In this document: piece after piece, positions 37,826 through 47,935 of the stretch
Position numbering within the stretch: position 1 is the first letter of the stretch
Layout of the letters: each line of letters opens with the position of its first letter
Assembly (NCBI GenBank): GCA_033762625.1
Contig: JANRLI010000007.1
Coordinates: 151,541 to 215,540, forward strand
Source: Alphaproteobacteria bacterium
Lineage (GTDB): Bacteria > Pseudomonadota > Alphaproteobacteria > UBA9219 > RGZA01
DNA: 64,000 nt
Direction: 5' to 3'
Made by a program: the position numbers and the translations under genes
Notes under the pieces: model-generated
Database searches by the model: none
Told to the model about the DNA's origin: nothing
Seen by the model: the letters and a program-made list of their open reading frames with translations, nothing else

Positions 37826-39418
37826 ATGGCAAAGCCGACGACAAATGCAGTAAACGACAAGAACCGTGTCATCATTTTTGACACGACGCTCCGTGACGGG
37901 GAACAATCCCCGGGTGCGGCGATGAATCTTGAAGAAAAACTGCGCATTGCGGCGGTCCTTGAGGAGCTTGGCGTCGATGTGATCGAAGCAGGTTTCCCCG
38001 TGTCTTCAGCGGGCGATTTTCAGGCTGTGAATGAAGTCGCAAAGCTTATAAAGAATTCGACCATCTGCGGGTTGGCGCGTGCCGCCAAGACCGATATTGA
38101 GCGTGCAGCCGAAGCATTAAGGCCGGCGGCGCGCAAGCGTATCCATGTATTCTTGTCCACATCGCCATTGCACATGAAATACAAATTGCAGAAGGAGCCG
38201 GAACAGGTATTGCAAGCGGTGATTGATGCAGTGAGTTATGCGCGTAATTTAACCGACGATGTGGAGTGGAGCGCGGAAGATGGTTCGCGCAGCGAACCAG
38301 ACTTTTTGTGCAGATGTGTTGAAGCTGCGATTAAGGCGGGTGCAGGCACTATAAACATTCCTGACACCGTTGGTTACACCACCCCTGATGAATACGGCGC
38401 GATGTTCAAAATGCTTATCAACCGCGTGCCGAATGCTGACCAAGCGGTTTTCTCCGTGCACTGCCATAATGATTTGGGCTTGGCGGTTGCAAACTCGCTC
38501 GCTGGTGTTATTAACGGCGCGCGGCAGGTGGAATGCACCGTGAATGGCTTGGGTGAGCGCGCAGGGAATGCGGCGCTCGAAGAAATTGCCATGGCATTAA
38601 AGGTGCGCGGCGACAGAATGCCGTTTACTACCGGAATTAATACTGAAGTCATCACACGCGCATCGCGCTTGGTGTCGGGTATTACAGGTTTTCCTGTGCA
38701 GCCGAACAAGGCAATTGTGGGCGCGAATGCGTTTGCCCATGAAAGCGGCGTACACCAAGACGGTATGCTAAAAAACCGCGAGACGTATGAAATCATGACA
38801 CCCGGTTCGGTGGGGTTGACCAAGTCGTCGTTGAAGCTTGGTAAATTGTCAGGCCGTAATGCGTTCCGCTCCAAGTTGAAAGAGCTTGGTTATGAATTGG
38901 GCGATAACGCGCTGGAAGATGCGTTTAAGCGCTTCAAGGATTTAGCGGATAAAAAACGCGATGTGTTTGATGATGACATTATTGCCTTGGTGGATGATGA
39001 AGTTGCGAATGCGTTGGCGCGTATCAAATTCTTGAATCTTGAAATCTATGCGGGTTCAAAAGGTCCGCAGCGCGCGGAGTTGGAATTGGAATTTGATGGT
39101 AAGGTGCACAAGGTCACAGCGACCGGAAACGGCCCTGTGGATGCGACGTTTAATGCGATCAAGCAGATTATTCCGCATGAAGCTTCCTTGTTACTGTATC
39201 AGGTTCACGCCGTCACCCAAGGCACTGATGCGCAAGCAGAAGTGACTGTTCGTCTGGAAGAAAACGGCCGCACGGTAAACGGGCAGGGGGCAGACCCCGA
39301 TACGCTGGTGGCTTCGGCGCGCGCTTATATCCACGGCCTGACCAAGCTCATGACCAAGCGCGAGAAAAAAGCGCCGGATGACATGACACTAATTACTTCA
39401 GGGAACTTGGCTAGATAA
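37826..39418 (+). CDS. leuA: 2-isopropylmalate synthase
   Basis: VIIFDTTLRDGEQSPGAAM and HCHNDLGLAVANSLAGV. 530 aa with a C-terminal regulatory domain. Confidence 0.9.
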   Translation: MAKPTTNAVNDKNRVIIFDTTLRDGEQSPGAAMNLEEKLRIAAVLEELGVDVIEAGFPVSSAGDFQAVNEVAKLIKNSTICGLARAAKTDIERAAEALRPAARKRIHVFLSTSPLHMKYKLQKEPEQVLQAVIDAVSYARNLTDDVEWSAEDGSRSEPDFLCRCVEAAIKAGAGTINIPDTVGYTTPDEYGAMFKMLINRVPNADQAVFSVHCHNDLGLAVANSLAGVINGARQVECTVNGLGERAGNAALEEIAMALKVRGDRMPFTTGINTEVITRASRLVSGITGFPVQPNKAIVGANAFAHESGVHQDGMLKNRETYEIMTPGSVGLTKSSLKLGKLSGRNAFRSKLKELGYELGDNALEDAFKRFKDLADKKRDVFDDDIIALVDDEVANALARIKFLNLEIYAGSKGPQRAELELEFDGKVHKVTATGNGPVDATFNAIKQIIPHEASLLLYQVHAVTQGTDAQAEVTVRLEENGRTVNGQGADPDTLVASARAYIHGLTKLMTKREKKAPDDMTLITSGNLAR

Positions 39419-39419
39419 C

Positions 39420-40028
39420 ATGTGTGACGTTTCTCAAACTGACCTAATGAGTGGCTTTATTGGAGCATTGGTCGGTGGCCTTTTGTCATTGGCTGGAACG
39501 TATATTTCGAATTCATTGCAAGCCAATAATTCGAAAAAAGCAGAAGAAAAACTAATCATGGGTCTTTTACAATCAATCCATGATGAGGTTGAAACCTTAT
39601 GGGAACTTTATATGAATGGTGTCGGAGCTAATTTAGAAGCTCTCGCTGAAAGACAGCCGTTTTTGTTTTTTTGGCCAATCACTCAAGATTATTTCACTGT
39701 GTATGCCACAAATGCATTCCTAATTGGACGCATTAATAACCATGATTTAAGAAAGCTAATTATTGCTGTTTACTCGAGATCTCGTGGACTGGTTGATAGT
39801 TTCCGATTAAATAATGATATGGTCCAAAAAAGACAAAATTGCCTAATGATTTTTGCTGAAACTAAAAATCCAGTGCATCAACAACAAGGCATGGCTTTTG
39901 AAGCTGCTTTAAGCGAATATGCGGCAAAAATTAGAAAAAGTCATTTTGAAGTAAAAGCTTTAACTTCAGATTTATTGAGAGCCTTAAGAAAACAAGGCGT
40001 CTTGAGTCCTTCATCAAAAGTGAAATAA
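39420..40028 (+). CDS. hypothetical membrane-anchored protein, 202 aa (AT-rich gene)
   Basis: N-terminal transmembrane helix MSGFIGALVGGLLSLAGTYI. Its composition is markedly more AT-rich than the flanking leuA. Confidence 0.4.
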   Translation: MCDVSQTDLMSGFIGALVGGLLSLAGTYISNSLQANNSKKAEEKLIMGLLQSIHDEVETLWELYMNGVGANLEALAERQPFLFFWPITQDYFTVYATNAFLIGRINNHDLRKLIIAVYSRSRGLVDSFRLNNDMVQKRQNCLMIFAETKNPVHQQQGMAFEAALSEYAAKIRKSHFEVKALTSDLLRALRKQGVLSPSSKVK

Positions 40029-40032
40029 TGAT

Positions 40033-41082
40033 ATGATCTTGCCCCCTGAACAAACCAATGCATTTGCGTGGTATGGGCCGGATATGGCTGCGCGTGAAAA
40101 TGAATGGCTGAGCGAGTTATCTACGCAAGAAATTGCAGAGATAGAGAATGCCGCCAAAAAACTCATCGCCGATAATACGGATATAGCGACCATTACCGCC
40201 GGTGATTTTCCATTACCGAGTTTGGAAAAGAAACTGCAAGCGATGAAGGAAGAGCTTATTCACGGGCGCGGCTTTGCTGTGCTGCGCGGCCTTCGTGCAA
40301 CCCATTATGATGAGCGCATGGCTGCGACGCTATTTTACGGTATTGGAACGCATTTGGGAAAAGCGCGCTCACAGAACGCGAAAGGCCATATTCTGGGCCA
40401 TGTGCGGGATTTAGGATTAAAAAGCAGTGACCCGAATGTACGTATTTATCAAACCAATGAACGCCAGACATTCCACACGGATTCATGCGATGTGGTGGGT
40501 TTGTTTTGTTTGAAAACCGCAAAGACAGGCGGCGCATCGTTGCTGGTCAGCTCCACCACTATCTTTAATGAAATGCGTAAACGCCGTCTTGATTTATTGA
40601 AGCTGTTGCTGGAACCTATTGCAACTGACCGCCGCGGCGAAGTGCCTGCCGGTATGTTGCCGTATTTTCTTATTCCTGTGTTCAGTTATGAACATGGTTT
40701 CCTCACCAGTATTTATCAGCGGCAATATATTGATAGTGCGCAGCGTTTTCCTGACGCGCCACGTTTAACGCCTGCACATATCGAAGCGCTGGATATGTTT
40801 GATGCACTGGCCAATGACCCGAAGCTGAATTTTGCGATGCAGTTGCAGGTTGGTGATTTGCAATTTGTCTACAACCACACGCTATTGCATGACCGTACCG
40901 GATTTGAAGACTGGCCGGATGATAAGCAAAAACGCCATTTATTACGGCTGTGGCTGGCAGTGGATGGTGATAGGCCATTGCCGGATATCTTCGCTTCGCG
41001 TTTTGGGACTACCGAAATCGGCAATCGCGGAGGTATCATTGTTGCCGATACATTGATGCACATTCCTTACACTGCGATTTAA
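40033..41082 (+). CDS. TauD/TfdA-family Fe(II)/2-oxoglutarate-dependent dioxygenase
   Basis: HxD facial-triad motif in TFHTDSCDV and a distal His in HTLLHDRTGF. Size 349 aa. Confidence 0.75.
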   Translation: MILPPEQTNAFAWYGPDMAARENEWLSELSTQEIAEIENAAKKLIADNTDIATITAGDFPLPSLEKKLQAMKEELIHGRGFAVLRGLRATHYDERMAATLFYGIGTHLGKARSQNAKGHILGHVRDLGLKSSDPNVRIYQTNERQTFHTDSCDVVGLFCLKTAKTGGASLLVSSTTIFNEMRKRRLDLLKLLLEPIATDRRGEVPAGMLPYFLIPVFSYEHGFLTSIYQRQYIDSAQRFPDAPRLTPAHIEALDMFDALANDPKLNFAMQLQVGDLQFVYNHTLLHDRTGFEDWPDDKQKRHLLRLWLAVDGDRPLPDIFASRFGTTEIGNRGGIIVADTLMHIPYTAI

Positions 41083-41083
41083 T

Positions 41084-42313
41084 ATGAGCGAAAAATTCGA
41101 TGCGATTGTTTTAGGAGCGGGAATTGCCGGCGTTAGTACCGCGCGGCATTTGCAGCAACGCGGCAAAAATGTTGCGCTGGTTGATGTTCGTGACCCTGGG
41201 CAGGAAACATCCTATGGCAATGCGGGTATCATTGAAGCATCCTTTGTGTTGCCATTCGGCTTTCCTGCGCCGCGCCGCTTCAAAGATATTTTGCTGGATA
41301 AGGACGCATCCGCACGGGTGGATTTATTATTTCTGCCGCGCATTTCAAAATGGCTACTCAATTTTTATCTCCAATCGAATGCTGAAAACCGCAGCAAAAA
41401 CGGGCTTTTAATGCGCCCGCTGGTGCAGGATGCGGTTGCAGAGCACATGGCGCTCATGAAAGGCAATGATGCAGAGAAGTATTTCTGCAAAACAGGCCGT
41501 GTAAAAATTCACCGCAGCAAAGCATCCTTTGATGGCGATAGCTTCGAGCGTGAAACACTGACCAAACTTGGCGTGGCATTTGAAGTATTAGATCCAAGTG
41601 AATTTTCTAAAATCGAACCGAATATCAAACCGATTTATTACAAGGCATTAAAGCTCAGCACCTCCGCGCGCGTGAGCGACCCCGGCGCAGTTGTAGCAGG
41701 ATACGCTGCGGCGTTTGTTGCAACCGGCGGCAGGTTTATCAAAGGCGATGCCGGAACATTAAAGCAATCTGGCGATAAGTGGGAAGTTGCCGGTGTAGCG
41801 GCAAAAGACGTTGTGATAGCGCTTGGCCCATGGGCGCCCAATCTTTTGAAGCCGATGGGATACTGCTTCCCGATTGGCTTAAAACGTGGCTATCACCAGC
41901 ATTTCAAAACCAATGCGCAATTAAACCATGCGATTGTAGATGCCGATATTGGGTATGTGATGGGCAGTTGCACTAAAGGCATACGTATTACCACAGGCGC
42001 GGAATTCGCTGCGCAGAACGCACCCGCAACCCCGGTGCAAATTCAGCGCGTATTGCCCCATGCGCGTGAGCTGTTGGATATTGGCGAACCAAGTGAAGCG
42101 CAAGCATGGTTGGGTTGCCGCCCATGCACAACCGATAGTCTGCCGATTGTAGGACGTGCACAGCACCACGACGGATTGTGGTTCAATATCGGCCATGGGC
42201 ATTCGGGATTTACAATTGGCCCAACCACAGGAAAATTATTAGTGCAGATGATGACGGGTGAGGCGTTATTCACTGATAATAAGCCATATAGTCCTGATAG
42301 GTTCATCAATTAA
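41084..42313 (+). CDS. FAD-dependent oxidoreductase (DadA / D-amino-acid dehydrogenase-like)
   Basis: DAIVLGAGIAGVSTARHL Rossmann motif, 409 aa. The start is 2 nt after the TauD-like stop. Confidence 0.75.
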   Translation: MSEKFDAIVLGAGIAGVSTARHLQQRGKNVALVDVRDPGQETSYGNAGIIEASFVLPFGFPAPRRFKDILLDKDASARVDLLFLPRISKWLLNFYLQSNAENRSKNGLLMRPLVQDAVAEHMALMKGNDAEKYFCKTGRVKIHRSKASFDGDSFERETLTKLGVAFEVLDPSEFSKIEPNIKPIYYKALKLSTSARVSDPGAVVAGYAAAFVATGGRFIKGDAGTLKQSGDKWEVAGVAAKDVVIALGPWAPNLLKPMGYCFPIGLKRGYHQHFKTNAQLNHAIVDADIGYVMGSCTKGIRITTGAEFAAQNAPATPVQIQRVLPHARELLDIGEPSEAQAWLGCRPCTTDSLPIVGRAQHHDGLWFNIGHGHSGFTIGPTTGKLLVQMMTGEALFTDNKPYSPDRFIN

Positions 42314-42371
42314 TTTATTTTAAACGGTTTAGTTAAGCGTGCAGTAAGCATATTTAGCTAAGCTATTCTGG

Positions 42372-42689
42372 ATGAAAAAGCACATACTACCCATCTCTTT
42401 TAGGCCAGTTGGACCGCAGCAAATCGACTGTGATGGTGCAGTATATAAGTCGTTTGCTGATGCGGCATTAAAAGCAGAGTTTGATAAAAATCAGTCAACG
42501 GTTTTAAGTTTTGGCGGAGATCAGCATATCACGCTGCCACCCGGTGTCACATTGCAAGAAGCTCCACGGGAAGCTCAAGATAGTGTCACGCGGCATTTAT
42601 TGAACAATGGCACTGTCACTGTTACCCAAGGTTCTGGGCACACAGCCCAGGTTTTAGGTGCCTATGTGTGCCGCCCCGGCAATAGCTAA
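42372..42689 (+). CDS. hypothetical protein, 105 aa
   Basis: ORF downstream of the dioxygenase/oxidase pair. Weak call. Confidence 0.3.
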   Translation: MKKHILPISFRPVGPQQIDCDGAVYKSFADAALKAEFDKNQSTVLSFGGDQHITLPPGVTLQEAPREAQDSVTRHLLNNGTVTVTQGSGHTAQVLGAYVCRPGNS

Positions 42690-42699
42690 AACTTCCTGC

Positions 42700-43761
42700 T
42701 TAAACCTTCTTATTCACATGGCCCATTTTGCGGCCTGCGCGCGCTTCGGCTTTGCCATAGAGATGCAGATGCATGTTGGGTTCGTTCAAATATTTCTGCC
42801 AATCATTCGCATCATCGCCGATCAGATTTTTCATCATGCATGGCGCGGTAATCGCGGTGCTGCCCAGGGGTAGGCCGCAAATGGCGCGTACCAATTGTTC
42901 GAATTGTGATGTGGCGCAATAATCCATCGTCCAGTGACCTGAATTATGCGGGCGCGGGGCCATTTCATTCATGACCACCATGTTATCAATCACAAAAAAT
43001 TCCACGGTGAGTAAACCGATGACACCCAGTTTTTCGGCAAGTGATTTGGCAGATTTTAAGGCCATTTCTTCAATCTGCGTTGATAGCATGGCGGGAACAT
43101 GGGTTTCATCCAGAATGCCATCCTTGTGCCGGTTTTCAACGGGCGGGTAGGCTTGCATCACACCATCGGCGCGGCGCGCAATAATCACGGAGATTTCTTT
43201 TTCAAACGGTACAAAGCGTTCGATAATCGCTTCATCTGTATTCAAACTTTCCCATGCGGCGTCGATTTCTTTTAAATCGCGGATGATGGCCTGGCCTTTA
43301 CCGTCATATCCCATGCGGCAAGTTTTCACCACACAAGGAATGCCGATTTTCATCACGCCATTACGTAATTCGTCAAGCGTGCCCGCATAAGCAAAAGCAG
43401 GCGCGTAAACCGAATTTTCAATCGCAAAGCTTTTTTCGGCAACACGGTTCTGGGTAATTTTCAGTGCGGTTGCACCGGGGTGAACGGGTTTGTGTTTTGC
43501 CAAAAATTCGATTGTGCTTACTGGAACATTTTCCCATTCCAGCGTAATGACATCGACAGCATCCACGAATTCTTTTAGCTTTGCTTCATCCGTGAAATCG
43601 CCAAGGGTTTTGAACGCGGTGACCTGACAGGCGGGTTCATCGGCATGTTCGGCGAATATATGCACCCTGTAGCCTAGGCGCTGCGCAGCTTGTGCGGTCA
43701 TGCGGCCCAGCTGCCCGCCGCCAAGAATACCGATGGTTGAACCTGTTGGGATAGAATTCAT
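42700..43761 (-). CDS. purK: N5-carboxyaminoimidazole ribonucleotide synthase
   Basis: Starts MNSIPTGSTIGILGGGQLGRM at the internal ATG at 43761. ATP-grasp family. Confidence 0.9.
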   Translation of the reverse strand: MNSIPTGSTIGILGGGQLGRMTAQAAQRLGYRVHIFAEHADEPACQVTAFKTLGDFTDEAKLKEFVDAVDVITLEWENVPVSTIEFLAKHKPVHPGATALKITQNRVAEKSFAIENSVYAPAFAYAGTLDELRNGVMKIGIPCVVKTCRMGYDGKGQAIIRDLKEIDAAWESLNTDEAIIERFVPFEKEISVIIARRADGVMQAYPPVENRHKDGILDETHVPAMLSTQIEEMALKSAKSLAEKLGVIGLLTVEFFVIDNMVVMNEMAPRPHNSGHWTMDYCATSQFEQLVRAICGLPLGSTAITAPCMMKNLIGDDANDWQKYLNEPNMHLHLYGKAEARAGRKMGHVNKKV

Positions 43762-43858
43762 AACAAAGTCTGGGCTGTTGAAAGTATTACCGATTATTAG
43801 GTTGGGCGCGCAAATTAGCATATTTGAAGATTTTATCAAATGCCAAGGTGGAGTGAAT

Positions 43859-44698
43859 ATGGCGCAGGTTGTAACCCCGATTTTCCGCGGTGCGGATGAA
43901 TTAGCAAAAAACGTGTTTACGGCGCTGCGCGATGCACGTGAATTCTATATTGCGCCTCAGCCATCTGCCAGTGATAACGATGTGGCTTCGGTTTTAAAGC
44001 AGTCGGATGCCATGCGCCGCGTAGATTTTTTGATGTCTGCCATCAAGGTCCATAGCTACATCACTTATGTTTCACGGCTTGGCGCAAATGAAAGCCCAGA
44101 GGTGCAGTCGAGCTTGCATTTCTGGACATCGCGCGCGGATAATCAAATATTGTGTGATATTGCGACGCTTGCATCGCATGAGATTCAAAACAAATATCCA
44201 AATGGTGCATTCAATGGGGCGCTGAGTGTGGATGATTTGAAATCGATTGTTGCCATGCGTAACGCGCTGGGAATAAGCATGAAAGACGATTTACTCGCCA
44301 GATATATTGAAGACGAGAAAAAGCACATCAACCCAGAAGCTATGGGTTTGCTGGCTGCACGATTGAATGATGTGCAATTCGTGAGCAATTTGGCAACCAA
44401 TTACGCGGTGATTGCTATCGCACGCGGTGTTGCCGCAGTCGTAGGGATTGATGATGCCCGGCCATTGATGGAAGGCATTGGCTGTGCGCGCAATATCCGC
44501 ACATGGGCGATTGGCTGGAAACCAATCACGCCAAGGATGTCAGGGCTTGATTATAATTTTCAGGGCATGCACCGCGAATTAGCGGTAAAGAGCCTTGCCG
44601 CACTGAATAAGGTTGTGGAAACGCTGCGCACCGTTCCAACACGTAGCGGCGCGATTTATCAGCAGATATTGGTAAGACCATCTGCCGGTTTGTCTTAG
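43859..44698 (+). CDS. hypothetical protein, 279 aa
   Basis: The ATG at 43859 has an AAGGTGGAG ribosome-binding site. The ORF-table start at 43700 would overlap purK. No motif recognised. Confidence 0.45.
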   Translation: MAQVVTPIFRGADELAKNVFTALRDAREFYIAPQPSASDNDVASVLKQSDAMRRVDFLMSAIKVHSYITYVSRLGANESPEVQSSLHFWTSRADNQILCDIATLASHEIQNKYPNGAFNGALSVDDLKSIVAMRNALGISMKDDLLARYIEDEKKHINPEAMGLLAARLNDVQFVSNLATNYAVIAIARGVAAVVGIDDARPLMEGIGCARNIRTWAIGWKPITPRMSGLDYNFQGMHRELAVKSLAALNKVVETLRTVPTRSGAIYQQILVRPSAGLS

Positions 44699-45489
44699 GC
44701 TGCAGGAACTGTTCTGGCATTTTGGATTTTATAGGTGCGATACCCCATGATGCAGTTCCCTATGAAGAACATATAAAGCCCGATACCTGCACCAATCCGG
44801 CCATCCATAAACCCAACAGTTCCAACAACCAGATTTGAAAGCGCAATACAAAAGCGTGCTGCAATTATGCGCTTGGGCTGAGAAAGAAATACGTTATCCA
44901 ATTCGTCAATCCCGGATTTTAACGAAAGAAGAAAAGCGGGAATAAGCAATGGCAAAATCAGCCATGTGCCAAATGCGCTGGCAAGAATGGAAGCAGGGAA
45001 GCTGGCATAAACCGAAATACATTCCGGTCTGCGCAGACTGGCAAAGAGATTGCCTGCAACTGTTTTTTTGCGAGGTAAAACCCATAATCCATCCAATTCG
45101 GCAGATTTTTGGATATTGGCAATCCCATAACCAAGCCCATTGGTGGCAACGAGAATTTTTTGGATAAGTGTTTCCGCATGAAAGTTGAAAACGATATCCA
45201 GCAGCGTTAGCGCGCAAAGGATCAGTAGAAAAACACCATTAATAAATAACGCAGCATTTTCGCGTGCAAACAGGCGTTGCAGGGCATCGCGTCCGCAGGT
45301 CTTTGGCACAACGGATAAAAGCTGTTCGATAAAATTGAAATCACGTGCAAGTTTGATGGCCGTTGAGATAACCAGCAGGATGATTGCGCCATAAAACGGT
45401 GCGCCGCCAGCAACCGAAAAAATGGCGATGTGTGATGCAAAAAAGAATAATCCCAAATCCGTAAGGTAGGAATATAGCGTAACCTTCAT
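44695..45489 (-). CDS. polytopic membrane protein, 264 aa, translationally coupled to purE
   Basis: About 7 hydrophobic helices. Its start overlaps the purE stop by 1 nt. Confidence 0.45.
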   Translation of the reverse strand: MKVTLYSYLTDLGLFFFASHIAIFSVAGGAPFYGAIILLVISTAIKLARDFNFIEQLLSVVPKTCGRDALQRLFARENAALFINGVFLLILCALTLLDIVFNFHAETLIQKILVATNGLGYGIANIQKSAELDGLWVLPRKKTVAGNLFASLRRPECISVYASFPASILASAFGTWLILPLLIPAFLLSLKSGIDELDNVFLSQPKRIIAARFCIALSNLVVGTVGFMDGRIGAGIGLYMFFIGNCIMGYRTYKIQNARTVPAA

Positions 45490-46010
45490 TACGTGGGTCG
45501 CTTTGCTACCGATGCGGTTTGCATGGCACGAAATTGCGCTAGTTTGCTGTTAAGCTTTTTATCTTCCAGCGCCAAGACGGCAACCGCAAGCAGTGCTGCG
45601 TTTTTCGCGCCGGCTTCACCAATCGCCAGCGTGCCAACGGGAATACCGGCGGGCATTTGCGCAATCGATAACAGGCTGTCGATGCCTTTCAATGTTTTGC
45701 TTTCCACCGGCACGCCAAAAACGGGCAGGGTGGTCATGGCTGCTGCCATGCCCGGTAAATGTGCAGCGCCGCCTGCGCCAGCAATAATGACCTTTAGACC
45801 CCGCGCTGAGGCCATACCCGCATAGTCAAACAACCGCTTAGGGGTGCGGTGTGCGGAAACAATTGCCACCTCATGGGGAATTCCGAATTTCTTTAATAGG
45901 GCTGCCGCATGGTTCATGGTGGCCCAGTCTGACTGGCTACCCATAATAATTCCAACAAGAGGGCGCGATTTAGGGGATGCGGTTTTTTTTGATTTGATTC
46001 GTTTGGCCAT
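45489..46010 (-). CDS. purE: N5-carboxyaminoimidazole ribonucleotide mutase
   Basis: [39 protein letters not shown] canonical PurE. Confidence 0.9.
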   Translation of the reverse strand: MAKRIKSKKTASPKSRPLVGIIMGSQSDWATMNHAAALLKKFGIPHEVAIVSAHRTPKRLFDYAGMASARGLKVIIAGAGGAAHLPGMAAAMTTLPVFGVPVESKTLKGIDSLLSIAQMPAGIPVGTLAIGEAGAKNAALLAVAVLALEDKKLNSKLAQFRAMQTASVAKRPT

Positions 46011-46063
46011 GAGTAATCTTTTAAGTGTAGGTTATAAAGAGACCATAAAGAGGAATTCGTTAG

Positions 46064-47071
46064 ATGTCCAATTCATCCCCATTACCACAAATGATGCGCG
46101 CAGTAATAGCGGAACCCTTTGGCGGGCCGGAAGTATTGCAGATAAAAGCCATGCTGCTACCAACCCCAGCCGCTACCGAAGTGCTTGTCAAAATGACGGC
46201 TTCGGGAATTAACCGCCCCGATATCCTTCAGCGCGAAGGGCTTTACAAGCCGCCCCAAGGTATTACCAATATTTTGGGATTGGAGGGCGCAGGGGAAATT
46301 GTAGCTGTGGGCGCAAATGTGTCGCGTTTCAAAGTGGGCGATAAAGTATGCGTGCTTGTGGCGGGCGGAAGTTATGCGGAATATGCCGTTGTGCCGGAAG
46401 GCCAATGTCTTCCCGTGCCGGCAAATATGGATATGGTGGAAGCCGCCACCTTGCCCGAAGGCGTTTTTACCGTATGGGCGAATTTATTTGAATCCGGCCA
46501 GTTGAAAAAGGGGGATACGGCTTTGGTGCATGGCGGCGCCAGCGGTATCGGTACATATGCCATTCAAATGGCGATTGCTGCCGGTGCAAAAATAATCGTG
46601 ACCGTAGGTAATCAGGAAAAAGCAGAATTATGCGAAGAGCTTGGCGCAACGCATGTTATTAATTATGAAAATGCAGATTATAAAATAGCCGTGTTGCAGT
46701 TAACCGATGGGCGAGGCGTGGATGTTGTGATGGATATGGTTGGAGCTGATTACATCCCCCGTAACATTGATTGCATGGCTTATGGTGGCCGCCATGTCAG
46801 CATCGCAACCATGCATGGCGCAAATGCAGCTATTAATATCCGTGATGTGATGGCAAAGAATTTGACACTGACGGGTTCAACCTTGCGTCCGCGTAGTGTT
46901 GCTGAAAAAACCCGCTTGGCCCGCGAAATCGAAGCACATGTGTGGCCGTGGATTGCTGCGGGGAAAGTCAAACCCCAATTGCACAAAAGTTTGCCGATTG
47001 ATGATGTGATTGAAGCGCATAAGTTATTGGAGAGTGGCAAGTATTTTGGAAAGTTAGCGCTGACGTTTTAG
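46064..47071 (+). CDS. qor: NADPH:quinone oxidoreductase (MDR zinc-free Qor family)
   Basis: MMRAVIAEPFGGPEVLQ and the ALVHGGASGIGTYAIQMA nucleotide-binding motif. Confidence 0.8.
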   Translation: MSNSSPLPQMMRAVIAEPFGGPEVLQIKAMLLPTPAATEVLVKMTASGINRPDILQREGLYKPPQGITNILGLEGAGEIVAVGANVSRFKVGDKVCVLVAGGSYAEYAVVPEGQCLPVPANMDMVEAATLPEGVFTVWANLFESGQLKKGDTALVHGGASGIGTYAIQMAIAAGAKIIVTVGNQEKAELCEELGATHVINYENADYKIAVLQLTDGRGVDVVMDMVGADYIPRNIDCMAYGGRHVSIATMHGANAAINIRDVMAKNLTLTGSTLRPRSVAEKTRLAREIEAHVWPWIAAGKVKPQLHKSLPIDDVIEAHKLLESGKYFGKLALTF

Positions 47072-47090
47072 TAGGTTTTTGGTTTGAACT

Positions 47091-47687
47091 TTATATCGTA
47101 GGCGTATTTTTTGGTTTCGATGCAGCTGCGGCACTTGGCAGTATTGCAGACACAGCTTTAGTTACGGCATTCGTCACATTTGTGATAATAGGGCTCACAA
47201 TAGGCGGTGAAAAAGGGCTGGTAATGTCCTGATACCCACGGTAAGCGTCAACTGCTAAAACCTCGGCATCAGGATTTAAGCTGGTGTTGATGGATGATGC
47301 CGCTCTCATGCCAAGCATGGCGCGTACTGTGAGTGCAACCGGAAGCATTTCCCCAGTTAACATCGCCCCGGGAACGGCTAATATTTTTCCTGTTTCAATA
47401 AGGCGCTGCCTTGCCTGTTCAGCTCGGTAATGACCAAGACGTTCTGCATCTGGCGCCAAGGGCCCCGGTGTAAATCTGCCCGGCGTAAGCAAATAGGCAG
47501 CGCTATTGCGCACATCGCTTCCCAATGTATTGGGTCTTGCATAAGCTTCAGCGCGACGCGTTGCTAATATCTTAGCCATATCCTCGGTGCTGATGCATTG
47601 ATGGGTAGGTAGGCTTGAATACGCGGCGCCACGACGCGGCTGTGTGTGCGGCGGCAAAACAGAAGTGTCTTTTGGTGCTTCAGCCAT
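47091..47687 (-). CDS. hypothetical protein, 198 aa
   Basis: ORF with a proline-rich N-terminus. No motif found. Confidence 0.35.
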   Translation of the reverse strand: MAEAPKDTSVLPPHTQPRRGAAYSSLPTHQCISTEDMAKILATRRAEAYARPNTLGSDVRNSAAYLLTPGRFTPGPLAPDAERLGHYRAEQARQRLIETGKILAVPGAMLTGEMLPVALTVRAMLGMRAASSINTSLNPDAEVLAVDAYRGYQDITSPFSPPIVSPIITNVTNAVTKAVSAILPSAAAASKPKNTPTI

Positions 47688-47935
47688 ATCTGATATATAG
47701 CTAATTTTTATAAAGAACGGCTTTATAGATGTGGTTAATCAAAGGTTTAAATGGTCTTTTCTGCTGCGAATACATAAATAACAGTGGCATTTTTTAATAA
47801 TCACGTTACTATGCGGTTACCTGTTATCAGGAATACCCCTTAAATCGGTCCCTTAAGTCACGGATCGTCCGGATGGTCAAAACCGCCCGGCAGGGGATGA
47901 GTATTGCGTTTTTTTTGTATTTAAAAGTATGAGGT

